Assembly (NCBI GenBank): GCA_965248535.1
Contig: CBDFJR010000002.1
Span: 960,001-1,024,000, forward strand
Source: Phormidesmis sp.
Lineage (GTDB): Bacteria; Cyanobacteriota; Cyanobacteriia; Leptolyngbyales; Leptolyngbyaceae
Length of the DNA stretch: 64,000 nt
Direction of reading: 5' to 3'
How positions within the stretch are numbered: the stretch's first letter is position 1; the number at the start of each line of letters is the position of its first letter. The notes beneath the pieces were generated by a model. That model was not told the DNA's origin and did not search any database. It worked only from the letters and a program-made list of their open reading frames with translations. The position numbers were made by a program, and so were the translations under genes. Positions 61,859 through 64,000 of this stretch are shown piece by piece.

Positions 61859-62182
61859 TCAACGCCGATCGCGAATAATATCCCATTTGATCTTGTCCCA
61901 AATCCACGCATCTGACTGGTGAGGGTAGCCCGCTCTCAGGTTGTCATAGAGTCGATAAGCCGTCTCTTTGTTGTGAGTCAAAGCGATGATCTCGATCGGC
62001 ACTGGGATGATGCCAAAGTCGAGTTCGCGGGTTCGAGGTTTTGGCGCACGTCGCTTGCGTTGTCTAGGCTGAGGGTTTCGTGCGCCTCTATCGTAAGCCT
62101 CGTTGATCAGGAAGAACATCAAGAAAATCGAGCCGATCACCGATAAGATGATCGCCAACGCTGTCGGCGGATCTAGTTTCAT
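61859..62182 (-). CDS. Single-TM hypothetical protein
   Basis: N-terminal TM, basic linker, C-terminal WIWDKIKWDIIRDRR. Confidence 0.65.
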   Translation of the reverse strand: MKLDPPTALAIILSVIGSIFLMFFLINEAYDRGARNPQPRQRKRRAPKPRTRELDFGIIPVPIEIIALTHNKETAYRLYDNLRAGYPHQSDAWIWDKIKWDIIRDRR

Positions 62183-62219
62183 GGGAAGAATAGCGCGTAG
62201 GTTAGGACAAACCGGATTC

Positions 62220-62249
62220 AGTCCCTCTCAGAGCTAACTGAGGGGGACT
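62220..62249. terminator. Stem-loop downstream of the replication gene
   Basis: AGTCCCTCTCAG-agctaa-CTGAGGGGGACT. Confidence 0.55.
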
Positions 62250-62298
62250 TTGCTATTTATCCCAACGGGGCGAGCACCCTCCCCAGACGATCGCCGTT

Positions 62299-64000
62299 TC
62301 AACTCTGCAAGTCGGCTTTGTGATAAATCTGTACGTCATTTATCGCAAACACGCTATTTCGACCCGTCACCTGGTTTCGCACTCGAATGCGATCGCCCTT
62401 GATCTCCAGCACCCTGCTAGGTTGACGCAACTCATCAAAGAAGACTTCCCCTACAAATTTGATAGGAATTGAGCTTGCATCTTTCTTACTTCCCGGTAAT
62501 TCCTTGGATGGTGGCTTGTCACTTCCGGCACGAAACCATGTAGCTGAGGTGTTAGCGATGATGATGTCACCAGGCGCAATCGAATGATCGCCATTGTCAA
62601 TTGGAGGGGGGGCGATCATTAGGCGATCATTAGGTCGATCATTAGGTTTTTCCTTATTTAATGCGGGGGTGAGGGGGTTAATGATCGGTCGATCGCCATT
62701 TTCGGGGTTTCTCAACAGTGAAATTTTTTCATTTTGGCGATCGCTCGGATCACTCACCCCTTCAGATGGCGGTATAGCGTTGTTTTTCGAGTGATCGATC
62801 GAGTGATCGCCGAGCGATCGCGGGTCAATCTGGCGATCACTCGATCGCTTGGTTCCGACGTAGTAAAGCATCGTGCTGCCCTGTCCTTTTGGGCACCTCG
62901 ATATCAAACCTTTGTTCCACATCTCCTTAACGACTTTCCTGATCGTGTTCTTGTGATTTGGAGGTGATGGGCTAGCTCTTCCACTTCGTAGGGCAAGCCA
63001 TAATGCTCATCCTCGTTTAGCCAAAGTTCGATCCGCTTTTCGGTGTGGGCTGTCTCTTCTTGTCCCTCATCTCCCTCCTTCCCTAGATACGCAAAGGTAA
63101 ACGCCTCTTCATCAAACTGGAACTTATAGCGCCCTGGTGGTCGGCCCATTCGAGTTTTCTGAACTCTCAGCACTCGTTCCCCGCTACTTTCATCAGCGAC
63201 GGTTAAACCCCACACCTCAGAGGCTGAGTTGTAGAGGGCTTTGGTGCCGCGTGACTCCCCTTCTGAGTTGGAGTGGTGAATCACGGCAAAGGTGCAGCCG
63301 TAGCGATCGCCCAAGTCATTCAGCTTGAGCATGAAGCGGGCATACTCGGTATCGTTCTCACTGATCAGCGTGTTTCGGTTAACGGAGGTCACCGAGTCGA
63401 TCATGCAGAACCTAACCGGATCACCTGCTTCTTTGTAGGACTTAAGGTAAGCCTCAAGCCGAGCCATGTTTTCAATTTGCCAGCCGGGAACGACGCGGAC
63501 GGGGTGATCATTGGTGAGTTGGCGGATCTGCATTCTCTCGCTGGTCACGACGACGGGTTCGTCAGACTGCATGACTAAGACTCGACCCTGAGCCACGGGG
63601 TAGCCGTTCCAGGGTTGCCCTTTGGCGATGCACTCAATCAGTTCGTAGAGCATCAATGATTTGCCCGCGCCGCCCATCGCGTGAAGTAAGAGCACGATGC
63701 CTTGCGGAATCCAGCCACTGACGACCCAATCTTTGACGGACTGGCAGAGTTTCCCTAGATCTTCAACGCCATAGTCAATAAACGGAGTCTGGTTGATGAG
63801 TGCTTTGTAGTAGCAGTTCATCATGGAGTTTTTGGAGATTTTGAAGCGCTTGGAAAGTTTTTCGAGCTTGAAGTCCCTCACACCTTCATCAAGAAGAGAT
63901 TCTACTTTCTTGATCTGCTCAACCATTTTGCTAAATTCGACCTCCTCAAGGTCAATGCCATGGGGCGCTAGGAGGTCTTGAGCAATTTGATCGACGAGTT
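62299..64000 (-). CDS. Replication protein: AAA_25/RecA-like helicase domain plus wHTH; 5' end outside the window; 1-bp frameshift near 62951
   Basis: Walker A AMGGAGKS, Walker B CMIDS, IHH and RGTKAL motifs. The frame is open to 64000; restoring one base gives LQITKNTIRKVVKEMWNKGLI and joins ORF 62299..62922. Confidence 0.78.
62586..62846. repeat. GATC cluster and 3 tandem CGATCATTAGG copies; putative replication origin
   Basis: 14 GATC sites counted by eye in about 260 bp; tandem repeat at 62613-62646. Confidence 0.55.

Larger units (their letters stand above)
54299..64000 (-). mobile_element. tRNA-integrated prophage-like element (extends beyond the window)
   Basis: att fragment at the boundary; single-strand operon of hypothetical genes; fibre-like protein; AAA_25 replication gene. 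Confidence 0.82.

Noticed and set aside
62940..62960. Programmed ribosomal frameshift in the rep gene
   Set aside because: No clear slippery heptamer; the break splits a wHTH and resembles the other single-base indels.
54351..64000. Calling the element an inovirus or a tailed prophage
   Set aside because: No Zot/pI ATPase, small TM major coat protein, terminase, portal or tail genes are recognisable in the window.

Overview
Cyanobacterial chromosome segment: abundant HIP1 GCGATCGC, petF, psaK, ocp-frp, tic22, furC and ycf55-like genes. Positions 1-54.2 kb are mostly core and accessory host genes. They include two RND efflux loci (one an MFP-RND-RND-MFS cluster with a divergent NarL-type two-component system, interrupted by a small-protein/retropepsin cassette), an HlyD plus PilZ-cellulose-synthase pair, a FurC/ferredoxin/His-tailed chelatase neighbourhood and a mobile-element scar at 22.55-23.15 kb. 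From 54,299 to the window end is one end of an element integrated at the 3' end of tRNA-Glu; the displaced 22-bp tRNA fragment and its terminator are visible. It carries an AAA_25/RecA-like replication gene with an internal GATC-rich ori-like patch and a compact, translationally coupled operon of about 11 mostly unrecognised, virion-like genes, with no recognisable terminase, portal, HK97 capsid, tail tube or Zot ATPase in the window. This element is the best candidate for an undescribed system. Three single-base frameshifts in otherwise intact genes are probably sequencing errors. All family assignments come from motif recognition by eye; no database searches were run.
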